This document shows, piece after piece, positions 33,953 to 43,281 of a DNA stretch of 47,359 bases. The stretch comes from a virus (taxonomy: Duplodnaviria > Caudoviricetes), in the IMG/VR virus record IMGVR_UViG_3300030376_007240, positions 1 to 47,359 of that record. One strand, given 5' to 3'. Within the stretch, counting starts at the first letter, position 1. Every line of letters begins with the position of its first letter. A program made the position numbers and the translations under genes. The notes beneath the pieces were generated by a model. The model was not told where the DNA came from. It saw only the letters and a program-made list of their open reading frames with translations, and did not search any database.

Positions 33953-36900
33953 TATCCTAATCTTTCCGCTAATATTTCATCTGTACTCATATCTGTTAAT
34001 ATAGCCTTCTTTGTTAATTGATCAAGGTTTTGTGTGCCTGTTGTTGTAATCGTTCCACTTGCTCCACTAATAGGTTGGGTCGTGGTCGGTGAGGCGGTAG
34101 GCGTGATCTCTTTTTGTTTGAATCCTTCTGGTATAACAAAGGTAGAATCAAAATCACCGTCGTTAACGTTAACTTTCATATTATTTTTTCTAATTTTCAT
34201 AATCTCTGGATATGCTAAGTTAAATGGATTAACTATATCTCTACCTAGTTCTAGTCTTAGTTCTCTAAAGTTTTGATTAAATGCCTGTCTCACCCCTGCC
34301 CCTGGAGTATAGGGTAGATATCTTCCTGTAATTATAGACTGTCTTTCAGCTTTAGTGACACGACCTAACTCTTTGATGACTTTACCTCTTTTAGCTCCTA
34401 ACAATAATGCATCTTTGTATAGGTTATGCATCTGTTTAAAGTTTTGAAATCTTACTCTTTCTGATTTAATGTATTGTTGCACTATTTCTTCAGGAGAAAC
34501 AAGTCCTCCTTTTAATACATCACCAACAAATGACGCTCTTGCACTATCATTCTTTTTATTGAAATCAGTAACAATAAAAGGCATCGCTTTGACAGGGTCA
34601 GCTTCAATGGCTCTGAACCCAAAGATACCGCCGACCTCATCGCTCATATCAAAAACTTGTCCATACTTATCTGGGCGCTTATCAGTCAAACCAAAAGCTC
34701 CTGCTTTAAATAATCTATTTATTTGACTTACAGAACCGGGAGCGAATGTTTCTAGAACATGCATACCACCTTTGTAAATTTTTTCTCCTGTAGAATCTCC
34801 TGCTCTAAATACTTGTCGACCATCTCTTGATCTCCCGTTTCTGGCAACGATGTCTGCAAAAGCTTCAAAGAAAATAGACTCTGAAATAAAAGGTTTTGAT
34901 AATTCAAAAAAACTTGTAGCTCCTGCGTCTAATAAATATTTATTTAAACTTTCTCCTGTTTGTTGTCCCTTAGCTGCTTCATTTAAAATTGTATTAACAG
35001 GGCGAACTAAAGTGTCGTAAGGAAAGATATAACTTAAATCTACGTATTTTACTTTCCCTGTTTCTTCGTCTTTACTAATAGGCATCAACAAACCATTGGT
35101 TGACCAAGAGGGAACAAAACTTCTAAGCGCTCTCATTTCATCATCAGTCATATTAGCTAGTGACTTACCAAACTCTACTAAACCTGCAGGAACAACTGCT
35201 GCTGTTGTGGCAACACCAGCTAATCTTCTCATACCTGTTTGTTTAAAACCCTTTACTTGTAGTTCTCTTAAACCTCTTTGAATGGTATTATATCCTGTTC
35301 TAATAACTTCAGCGGGGAAAGCTACAAAGGTACCAAGAGGTAATCTTCTTAATGTTTTAATAAACTCTCCAACATATTCGTAGTTAGGTATGTTGTGTTT
35401 TGTAATCTGAGCAGCCATGTTTTCATAGAAAGTTTCTAATAGTTTATCCCCTTCCATTTTAACTCCCCCAGTCATATTTAAAAATTTACCATCAGGACTA
35501 ATGTCCACCACACGATCAAAGATAGGATCGTTCCTTGTTACTTTTCTACCAAGAAGTTTACTGTATGCCATGAGGTTTTTAGGATCAAAAATATTATCTG
35601 CTGTCACCCCTAAGGTATTAAAGTTATTTTTGACGGATATTAATTCTGCTTCGAAATTAAAATTTTTCCATAGATTATCTTCAGCAAGATATGCTCGTCT
35701 TGCTTTTTCTGCTAATTTAGAAACGCTAGTTAAAGTTTTATTCATACCTTCATTAAAGTTTCCTGTGTAAAAATCTGTTCCTACATCTTTAGCTAATCTA
35801 TCCGCTTCCCCTGCTACAGGGTTTGTGCCATTAATTCCTAGACGAGTGTTTCTTAATCTTCTCGCTTTATCTACTGCGCTGTTACCTGTGACATCTTTAA
35901 AAGCTGCTTTAAAAAGTCTCGCTGTTTGAGCAGGGTTTTGAAATAAAATATTACCATTCATGGTAGTAAATAAAGCTGCAGATATCACGTTTCGAATATG
36001 AGTGAAAGGAGAATAAATAGTTTTAGCTTGCTGCGATAAACTCTTTGGTATTAAGACCATCCACTTATATAAATTATTTAAAGTATTATCAGCCAAAGCT
36101 TGATCTCCACTATTGATTGCATCTGCTACGGCTTTAAAAGTAAACTTACCATCCAATACACTAGGAACGACGTCGGCGTTGTTTGTTTTTATAGGAACTA
36201 TATCCTCAGGATCTATATAAACATCTTTGTATTCTGGTAAATTTTTTAATGTGGTAACAGCTTCTTGTCTTGAGTCAAAAAATAAATTGCTTTTCACTGC
36301 TCCACCCGACCCCGGTATAGCACTACGCTTTAGAGTGTCTTGATAAAGTTTGTTGTGAGTTTGAAGTTGAGCCATGATCTGTGCTTGTTTCGAGTTTGTG
36401 TTAGCAACATTGTAAAAAGGATCTTCTATTTCGCCTAATAACTCTTTAATAACTGGGTTCTTTAAAGTTCTTTCTTTAAATACTCCCTCATCTAATTCTA
36501 TTTTAGCTTCATCTTTTAATAACTTTTTAAAACCTGCCATGCCTATGTCAGGCTTTTCAAACAAGCTTCTACCTCTAGTAGTCACTATTAATTCGACTGC
36601 TTCAGCAGCTTTTTTCGGAGCAGTGTTTTCAAAATAATCTTTAGCCATACGATCTAGTTCTTCATCAATAGCTTTTTGTTTACTTATTTTTCTTTCTCTC
36701 TCCATTAAAGGATCTCGCCTTGAAGTCATAGGTTGTGTTTGACGTTGCGCCGCTCTTCTCTCCACTGCGTCTACCGCAGCTTTTTTTGTTCGTTCACTAT
36801 TTTTCCAAGCTTGAGTTATAGCTGTTCTATAAACACGTTCGGCTTTTCCAATTATTTCTGCTGTAGGTTTAAATTCTCCGCTAGAGAATAGTTTATTAAC

Positions 36901-38397
36901 CAATCCTTTTTCTGTTTTAAATATTTTATATTCTCTGTTCATATATTTACCTAACTGACTAGAGAATGTGTCGCTCAACTCTTCGAGTGTTGTTTTTATC
37001 TCTTCAACATTTCGTAATTCTTTTTGAGGTAAGCTAGCCTCATCAATAACATCTTTAGCTTCTTTGATTAAAGGTTTTAAAAATGATTCGTTAAGTCTTA
37101 AAGAGTTTAAATCTATTTGATATCTACTTTCATATAATAAATTTTCTAATTGTGTTATATCGTCGTCGGACGCTTTTAGAGTATTCTTCATATAGTCGTG
37201 AAGTCTTTGTCTTTTTTGGAAAGCAGGATTGTTGACTTCAAACTCTCTACCCCTCGCATTGACTTTTGTTTTTACTCTTGGAATTGAGTAAGAAGTATTT
37301 GCTGCGGGGCCATCAATAATAAGTCCTTTTTCATCAACCACAAAATCTGATTTTTTAAAATCACCAAAATCTTTTAATCTTTGATCTATTAATTTTGTAA
37401 ACTTAGTAAATACTTCTTGCTTGTCACCACCTGCAACCTTCAAACCTTGCTTTGCAATTTTCTCTGCAAGTTGTCCTAGATCTTCACTTATCTGTTGAGA
37501 CTTTAAAATAAATGTTGTTGCTGCTTGATCTCCATCTTTTAAAATATTAAAAGCTTTACCTCCTAATACACCATCAGAAGTAAGTTTATTTAAACTTGCA
37601 CCTACTTGACTTTGAAGAGGACTACGGTCAAATTGTCTAGCTAAAGGTGTTTGTTTTACAGCTTTTGATATGCCAGAAATGGTAGCCCCAAGGCCTGCTC
37701 CGATGGCTCCACTTTCTACTGCAAACTTAAAACGATTAGTAAATTTTCTAAAGGCTTCATCTCTACCTTCTAGTCCTTCGCTTTTATCTGTTTCTGTAGG
37801 ACCTCCAATTGCGTCACCAATTGTTCCAAAGTCTTCAGTATACGCCAAACCTTCACCAGCAGTGGATCCTAATAATCCTCCACCACCAATTTTTAATTTA
37901 CTTTTTAAATCTAGTTTAAATAAATCTTTATCAATATCTTGTCTTTCTCTTAAACTTTTTCCAGCAACATTTTTATCTAAATATTGGCCTGTTCTTTTTG
38001 CATTAACTGCTCTCCTAGCAAGACCTGCACCTATTTTATAACCTGCGATTCCCGGTATACCTAACTGTATAAGTCCTTCGGTTAGTTTGCCTGTTAAACT
38101 TTGTTCTGCTATTTCTTCAAAGGGATTTAATTTATCAAAAAATTCTTCAACACCTGTGGCTGTATCTGTGTCAAATCCTAAATCAATAAGTTCTGCTCCT
38201 AAAGAAACAAAACCTTCTGGTATTTTTAAGGCACCTGATGCTATGCCTGAAAAGAAAGATTTAAAAAAGCCGGGAGACTTATCTTCTTTTGCCTCGTCCT
38301 CCTCATTTAAGAAATTTTTTATTTTTACTTCGGCTTCTTGTTGAGATAATCCGTCTTTTAGTTCAAACTTTTCGCCTTGATATTCATAGATGGCCAT
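33952..38397 (-). CDS. Large internal virion (ejection) protein
   Basis: 1481 aa, helical with Gly/Ala-rich hydrophobic stretches; position after the smaller core proteins. Confidence 0.65.
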   Translation of the reverse strand: MAIYEYQGEKFELKDGLSQQEAEVKIKNFLNEEDEAKEDKSPGFFKSFFSGIASGALKIPEGFVSLGAELIDLGFDTDTATGVEEFFDKLNPFEEIAEQSLTGKLTEGLIQLGIPGIAGYKIGAGLARRAVNAKRTGQYLDKNVAGKSLRERQDIDKDLFKLDLKSKLKIGGGGLLGSTAGEGLAYTEDFGTIGDAIGGPTETDKSEGLEGRDEAFRKFTNRFKFAVESGAIGAGLGATISGISKAVKQTPLARQFDRSPLQSQVGASLNKLTSDGVLGGKAFNILKDGDQAATTFILKSQQISEDLGQLAEKIAKQGLKVAGGDKQEVFTKFTKLIDQRLKDFGDFKKSDFVVDEKGLIIDGPAANTSYSIPRVKTKVNARGREFEVNNPAFQKRQRLHDYMKNTLKASDDDITQLENLLYESRYQIDLNSLRLNESFLKPLIKEAKDVIDEASLPQKELRNVEEIKTTLEELSDTFSSQLGKYMNREYKIFKTEKGLVNKLFSSGEFKPTAEIIGKAERVYRTAITQAWKNSERTKKAAVDAVERRAAQRQTQPMTSRRDPLMERERKISKQKAIDEELDRMAKDYFENTAPKKAAEAVELIVTTRGRSLFEKPDIGMAGFKKLLKDEAKIELDEGVFKERTLKNPVIKELLGEIEDPFYNVANTNSKQAQIMAQLQTHNKLYQDTLKRSAIPGSGGAVKSNLFFDSRQEAVTTLKNLPEYKDVYIDPEDIVPIKTNNADVVPSVLDGKFTFKAVADAINSGDQALADNTLNNLYKWMVLIPKSLSQQAKTIYSPFTHIRNVISAALFTTMNGNILFQNPAQTARLFKAAFKDVTGNSAVDKARRLRNTRLGINGTNPVAGEADRLAKDVGTDFYTGNFNEGMNKTLTSVSKLAEKARRAYLAEDNLWKNFNFEAELISVKNNFNTLGVTADNIFDPKNLMAYSKLLGRKVTRNDPIFDRVVDISPDGKFLNMTGGVKMEGDKLLETFYENMAAQITKHNIPNYEYVGEFIKTLRRLPLGTFVAFPAEVIRTGYNTIQRGLRELQVKGFKQTGMRRLAGVATTAAVVPAGLVEFGKSLANMTDDEMRALRSFVPSWSTNGLLMPISKDEETGKVKYVDLSYIFPYDTLVRPVNTILNEAAKGQQTGESLNKYLLDAGATSFFELSKPFISESIFFEAFADIVARNGRSRDGRQVFRAGDSTGEKIYKGGMHVLETFAPGSVSQINRLFKAGAFGLTDKRPDKYGQVFDMSDEVGGIFGFRAIEADPVKAMPFIVTDFNKKNDSARASFVGDVLKGGLVSPEEIVQQYIKSERVRFQNFKQMHNLYKDALLLGAKRGKVIKELGRVTKAERQSIITGRYLPYTPGAGVRQAFNQNFRELRLELGRDIVNPFNLAYPEIMKIRKNNMKVNVNDGDFDSTFVIPEGFKQKEITPTASPTTTQPISGASGTITTTGTQNLDQLTKKAILTDMSTDEILAERLG

Positions 38398-38409
38398 GAC
38401 CTAGCCTCT

Positions 38410-39549
38410 CTACGTAGCCCTTTTTACTTCAGGTTCTTCTGAGGTAAACATAGGTGTGCCGAATTCTTGTTCAATAGCGTCGTTTGCTTTCTCTCTTGCC
38501 TCATCTCCAGCACCTAATTCTGCTTCATAAAATCTCAAATACTCTGTGTATCTTTCAGCTCTAAGTTCACCAACTGTTTTACCTGATTTTTGAGCAAATA
38601 CTTCTTCTGCTTTTTCTAAAGCTTTTTCTCTACTAAATCCCTCATTAACAAAATCTTGAACCAATTGACCAAAATTTCCAACCTTTTGAGTTCTAGCCAT
38701 TTCATCTTCAGCACCTTTTATAGCTAGCATATCAATTGCTCTTTCGTCTTTCATAGCTTCTCTACCTAGAGCTGCAAAAGTTTGTAGTGGATCTTTAGCT
38801 GACTTTGCAATTTTCTCTGCAAAACTACCTCCTTTGGCAGAAGCTAAATTTAAACCAAATTGTGCTAGTTGTAATAGACCTTGTTGTTTTAATCCTTCTT
38901 TGGGATCTCCTAAAATCTGTTTATATAAATCAGACCTCTCTCTAACCATAGCTTCTAGTGCCGATAGTTTATCTTTTTCAGGGCCAAGAGGATCATCATC
39001 ATTTTCTTGTTTCTCTGGTAATTTAATATCTTGTCCTGGTCCTTCTTGTTTTAAGATTGCTTCTCTTAACTGATCGGGATTTTCTGCGTCTTGAATTTCT
39101 TTTGGCACAGGAGTTGAAGTAGCTTCTATTTTTTGTTCCTCTGAACCTGTAGTTGCTTTTTTTTCAGCTAGCTCTGCTTTTAATTTTGGAAGTTCTGCTT
39201 GTGCCTCAGCAGCTTTATCTTCACCATAAAAATCAGGGTTAGCAATAATTCTTTCTAGAGCAGCAATTCGACCTTCTAAATTTTTTACTCCTTTTTTTGC
39301 ATATTTCTCAACCATAGGTGTATAACTTTCAGGATCGGTAATGGTCTCCATTACTGTACGAGAATCTTTTGTTTGACGAAGTGCTTTATCATCATATTGA
39401 TATCCTGGAGGAATAGTCACTCCTTCTGAACCAGATCCTTTGTTAAACTTTTGAACCACACCACCATTAGCGAATGCAGGAATACCATACATACGGAGTT
39501 GTTCCGTGGGCAGTCGACGTTGAAACATGGGTCTATCTAATATAGCCAT
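38410..39549 (-). CDS. Putative internal virion protein
   Basis: MAILDRPMF start, LAQFGLNLAS segment; position. Confidence 0.6.
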   Translation of the reverse strand: MAILDRPMFQRRLPTEQLRMYGIPAFANGGVVQKFNKGSGSEGVTIPPGYQYDDKALRQTKDSRTVMETITDPESYTPMVEKYAKKGVKNLEGRIAALERIIANPDFYGEDKAAEAQAELPKLKAELAEKKATTGSEEQKIEATSTPVPKEIQDAENPDQLREAILKQEGPGQDIKLPEKQENDDDPLGPEKDKLSALEAMVRERSDLYKQILGDPKEGLKQQGLLQLAQFGLNLASAKGGSFAEKIAKSAKDPLQTFAALGREAMKDERAIDMLAIKGAEDEMARTQKVGNFGQLVQDFVNEGFSREKALEKAEEVFAQKSGKTVGELRAERYTEYLRFYEAELGAGDEAREKANDAIEQEFGTPMFTSEEPEVKRAT

Positions 39550-40523
39550 TATGATAACAAGCTAATGCCTGCTCCTGTTCCCCCTAATGCACCTAGTGTA
39601 CTAAGTCCAGCTATACCTAATCCTGCAACCTGTTGGAAGAGTGAAGGAGAAGGTTGAGAGGTATATTGAATTTGTGAAGTAGGAACTCCTCTTAAAATAT
39701 CAGAAGCAAATCCTGCTCTTCTAAATGGTTCTTGTTGTCTTGCTAGTTCAGTTTGTCTAGCGGCTTCTAAAGTATTTTGTTGTTGTTGCTGTTGAACTCC
39801 ACCGACACTTAATAATCTATTTATATCTACACCACCGAGTTGTTGTGTTAAAGATCCTAAACCTGATTGTGCTTGAGCTACACCTAAAGTTTGACTCCCC
39901 AATGATCCTAGTTGTTGCGCCGTTGCTCTTTGTGCGGCTTGAGCCTGTAAATAATTTCTTGATAAGTCTTCAAAAATTCTTTGTGATTTTACTTGTGCTA
40001 AGTTTCTAGCTTCTTCCGCTTCCCGGACACCGAACCTCGAACCACCAAAAGCCCCTGCAGCTACTGCTTCAGCTGATGTTCTCTGTCCTTGAATTGCAGC
40101 TTGCCTATCTAATTCTGCTAAGGCAGCTTGCGTAACATTTTGTTGATAAGGATCCATATAAGTTGAAACTTGTGATGGGTCTAAGGCTTGAACTCCAGAA
40201 GAGATTGCCCCTAGACCTGCTTCAACAGATTTACCTGAAGCATCTAAAAAGGGTTGATAAGCTCCTAGACCTTCTTGTGCTTTTTGTATTGCAGTTAACT
40301 GTGCTTGTTCTAAAGGAGCAACTTGTTTAGCTGGAACTCCTTGTGGAATACCTGATAGCCCTTTAATTCTTAATTGATATTCTTCTTCTGTTTCTCCCGG
40401 TAGTCTTGGAGGAAGAGTCTCTCCAGGGGCCAAAGGAACACCGAAAACAGAACCTAATAACTGCTCTGCTCTCTCTTCAATAAAAGGAGCCTGTCTTGAA
40501 TATTGAACTATTTCTTCTGCCAT
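39549..40523 (-). CDS. Putative internal virion / DNA-transfer protein
   Basis: Gln/Ala-rich; YMDPYQQNV, AGAFGGSR; hydrophobic Gly-rich C-terminus. Confidence 0.65.
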   Translation of the reverse strand: MAEEIVQYSRQAPFIEERAEQLLGSVFGVPLAPGETLPPRLPGETEEEYQLRIKGLSGIPQGVPAKQVAPLEQAQLTAIQKAQEGLGAYQPFLDASGKSVEAGLGAISSGVQALDPSQVSTYMDPYQQNVTQAALAELDRQAAIQGQRTSAEAVAAGAFGGSRFGVREAEEARNLAQVKSQRIFEDLSRNYLQAQAAQRATAQQLGSLGSQTLGVAQAQSGLGSLTQQLGGVDINRLLSVGGVQQQQQQNTLEAARQTELARQQEPFRRAGFASDILRGVPTSQIQYTSQPSPSLFQQVAGLGIAGLSTLGALGGTGAGISLLS

Positions 40524-41281
40524 TACGCTACCTTCTTTTCTAATTTGTGCATCATTTCATACATGGTTTTTGCACCTTGACGACGTTGCTCTATCTTATC
40601 ATTTTTTTTAGCACCCTTCAATGCACCTAATCCTCTAACTGCTTTTGCAGTCATAACAAACTCTCCATCACTTAACATGGCAGGAATGTCATCAGACTTT
40701 TCTGTGCCGGGGCCGTCGATCTGTCCTGTCTTTCTAGGAAAACCTCCGTCTTTTAAACTTCTGTATGTTGGTGCTGATGCACCATATTCTCCTGTGGACT
40801 CATCAAAATAAGTTACAGGTGCACTCCTCATATCTAAAGGAGCGATGCTACCTGCTTCTGGTGAAGGAGAAATATTTGATTCTTCTTCCTCCTCATCCAT
40901 TGAAGATAAGGCAGCTATAGCACCTAAACCTAATGCGCCTTTTGTTAAACCACTCATTCCCTTAAATGCTTCTACTCCTCTTTGAAAAACACCAGGTGTT
41001 GTAGCTACTTTACCACCAAGACCACCTGGAGCATTGGCTATTGGTGGAGATACCATAGTTTTTGCACTAGACCCTAATGCTCCTAGTCCTTGTCCTCCAA
41101 CTAAACCTGCACTAGCTCCAAAACTTCCTAAACCAAAACCCATCAATGCTGACGTTGCAATGTTAGCGGGATTGTCTCCTCTAACTGCCGATCCTAAACC
41201 TGCGCCTATAGAAGCACCAACGGGCCCTGCAACTGCAAAACCTATTGCTCCTGTTATTGCTGGTAGAATCTTTTTAAACAT
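40523..41281 (-). CDS. Putative virion pilot-like protein
   Basis: Glycine-zipper N-terminus; GPGTEKSDDIPAMLSDGEFVMTAKAV motif. Confidence 0.6.
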   Translation of the reverse strand: MFKKILPAITGAIGFAVAGPVGASIGAGLGSAVRGDNPANIATSALMGFGLGSFGASAGLVGGQGLGALGSSAKTMVSPPIANAPGGLGGKVATTPGVFQRGVEAFKGMSGLTKGALGLGAIAALSSMDEEEEESNISPSPEAGSIAPLDMRSAPVTYFDESTGEYGASAPTYRSLKDGGFPRKTGQIDGPGTEKSDDIPAMLSDGEFVMTAKAVRGLGALKGAKKNDKIEQRRQGAKTMYEMMHKLEKKVA

Positions 41282-41284
41282 TTT

Positions 41285-41536
41285 TTACTCCGGCATTGTT
41301 CTCGCACCAGCAAATACATTAGGAGCCGTGACGTGCACATCTCTTCTTATATCTGCCTCGGTTGTTTCTGTTTCAGGATTGTCAATATCTGCCTGACATT
41401 CCTCATGTGAATTATACTCTTGCCCTGTCTTTGTGTTGGTAACCGTGGTTTCTACCTTTGCACTATAAACAGGAACTTTTTCGCCGTCGATTTCGTCATA
41501 ACGCAAAATCTTAGGCTCATCTATAATTTTTGCCAT
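41285..41536 (-). CDS. Small acidic phage protein
   Basis: ORF track; NTKTGQEY...DP.TET motif. Confidence 0.6.
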   Translation of the reverse strand: MAKIIDEPKILRYDEIDGEKVPVYSAKVETTVTNTKTGQEYNSHEECQADIDNPETETTEADIRRDVHVTAPNVFAGARTMPE

Positions 41537-41575
41537 AGTATAGTTTTATAGTTGAAAAACTAGGAAATCAATAGG

Positions 41576-41932
41576 TTATTGTTGTTGTTTTATTTCTAAT
41601 ACAGATACTTCAATCATGGCTCTAGAAGCTGCGTTTGCTTGAACTTTCAAACTCTCTCCTTGTTCATAAACCATACTTGAATTTATAGTATTTGTGTCGG
41701 AAGCAGATACATCTACTTGAAATATTTGAAGATCAGATGAGCCATTATTATGGTCTATATTCACTGTGACAGCGGCACTACCATCATAATTATGAGTATT
41801 TATAGTCTTTACTATAAAAGTTGATACAGGTACTGGAGGGGAAGCAGCCACATTAGCTGTAGGAACTGTAAATATTGTAGTCAAATCAGTTGTTGTTACA
41901 TTCGCTATAAAAGATCTAAATACATCAGCCAT
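41576..41932 (-). CDS. Small beta-rich tail-associated protein
   Basis: IFTVP...GESLKVQA...VSVLEI pattern. Confidence 0.6.
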   Translation of the reverse strand: MADVFRSFIANVTTTDLTTIFTVPTANVAASPPVPVSTFIVKTINTHNYDGSAAVTVNIDHNNGSSDLQIFQVDVSASDTNTINSSMVYEQGESLKVQANAASRAMIEVSVLEIKQQQ

Positions 41933-42095
41933 TCAAAAACCACGCTCTTCTTGTTGCTTCTTCTTGTGTATCTAAAGTATACGAACTATTAAGTTGTTGA
42001 ATTAAATCTTCAAGCTGTCTTATTAGCTCTGCTGACTGTTGAGCATCATACTCAGGTCTAGGATCTGGAAATCTTGTTAATGTTAATTTTGCCAT
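41925..42095 (-). CDS. 56-aa tail-associated protein
   Basis: Hand translation MAKLTLTRFPDPRPEYDAQQSAELIRQLEDLIQQLNSSY...AWFLNG; overlaps both neighbours. Confidence 0.7.
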   Translation of the reverse strand: MAKLTLTRFPDPRPEYDAQQSAELIRQLEDLIQQLNSSYTLDTQEEATRRAWFLNG

Positions 42096-42751
42096 TTATC
42101 AAAAAAATATACAACATTGTATCGCCAATTTCCATTTGAATATTCCTTATGATTATCAATATAACCGCCGTGAGGAATATCCCCATCAAAAATCACACAT
42201 CTATTGAACTTAGATTGAATTATATGTTTTTTAATATTTTGTTCATCTATGTCTATTTTAATGTCTTCATATTCTTGTTCTCCACCAGAGGTTTTATAAT
42301 TAGGTAATTTTTCATAAAGAGCTGTTCCTCCACTACATGTTTTATCCATATACACAAGAATATTTTGTGATGGGTCTTGATGAGGTACAAACTGATATTT
42401 TTGTTCAGGAGGATTTATCCACGTAAATATATTTGTAGCAATAGTCTCACAATGATGATTATCGAGTTTAAGTAAAGATTTTAAATAGTCAGTAGTTTTG
42501 TTTTCATTCTCGAAACCATTTTCTTGTAAAGATATCCAAGTTCTACAATCAAAATAATCTTTAAAGTTACGTCCATCTTTTTTAATTTTCCAATTAGGAA
42601 CCCAAGATTCTTTTAACATGTCATAAATATCATCAGCTCTTTTGTAAAAATTATCTATAACAATGTATTTGTAAGGACCAATATATTTTTCTTGTGCTAG
42701 TAAGTTGTCGTTAATCTCAAATAGATGATGATGAATATAAGGTGTTGTCAC
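42083..42751 (-). CDS. 2OG-Fe(II) oxygenase-like protein (DUF6445-like)
   Basis: VIDNFY, PHQD, GGTALY, FNRCVIF...PH, WR. Confidence 0.8.
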   Translation of the reverse strand: MTTPYIHHHLFEINDNLLAQEKYIGPYKYIVIDNFYKRADDIYDMLKESWVPNWKIKKDGRNFKDYFDCRTWISLQENGFENENKTTDYLKSLLKLDNHHCETIATNIFTWINPPEQKYQFVPHQDPSQNILVYMDKTCSGGTALYEKLPNYKTSGGEQEYEDIKIDIDEQNIKKHIIQSKFNRCVIFDGDIPHGGYIDNHKEYSNGNWRYNVVYFFDKWQN

Positions 42752-43281
42752 AGTATAGATATATTTGCTGATAAAACTATTCTACTTTTATCTTTGTTTG
42801 GCTTTACTTCGTGAGGAACATAGCTTGGAAATAAAACCATTTTGTTTTTAGCAGGTGATATATTCATTTCAGGACCTTCACAATAAGGGTGCCCAGGTTG
42901 ATAAAAAGTTGTTGAAGTAGAATCGTCACTACATTGTATATAGTATATCAAGGAATGTTCATGTATTTCTCTTCCATGTGCATGAAGTCCATGATGATGA
43001 CCTTCTGCATAACATTGAATCCATGATCTAGTAATTTTAAAATCATTTTTATTTAATATTTGTTTTGTATACATTGTAAGATATTGTTTTAAATGATTAT
43101 AAAAATCATTTAATTGTTCAGATTTATCAAATATATTTTTACAATCATAAAAAGTGGTAAGCATATCCTCTTTGTCAAAAGAATAATTCTTTATAAAAGA
43201 AAGTGTTGAGTCTAGGTTAAACTCGGTTTGTATATCGTAAATTGTTGTTTGAAATATATTTCTGTTTACTTGTATTTCCAA
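42748..43281 (-). CDS. Putative 2OG-Fe(II) oxygenase (TIGR02466-like)
   Basis: SW...HAH, FPSYVPHEV, RIVLSAN. Confidence 0.82.
   Translation of the reverse strand: MEIQVNRNIFQTTIYDIQTEFNLDSTLSFIKNYSFDKEDMLTTFYDCKNIFDKSEQLNDFYNHLKQYLTMYTKQILNKNDFKITRSWIQCYAEGHHHGLHAHGREIHEHSLIYYIQCSDDSTSTTFYQPGHPYCEGPEMNISPAKNKMVLFPSYVPHEVKPNKDKSRIVLSANISIL

Noticed and set aside
32613-41396. Plus-strand ORFs opposite the internal virion genes
   Set aside because: Ser/Pro/Leu-rich antisense shadows produced by codon bias.
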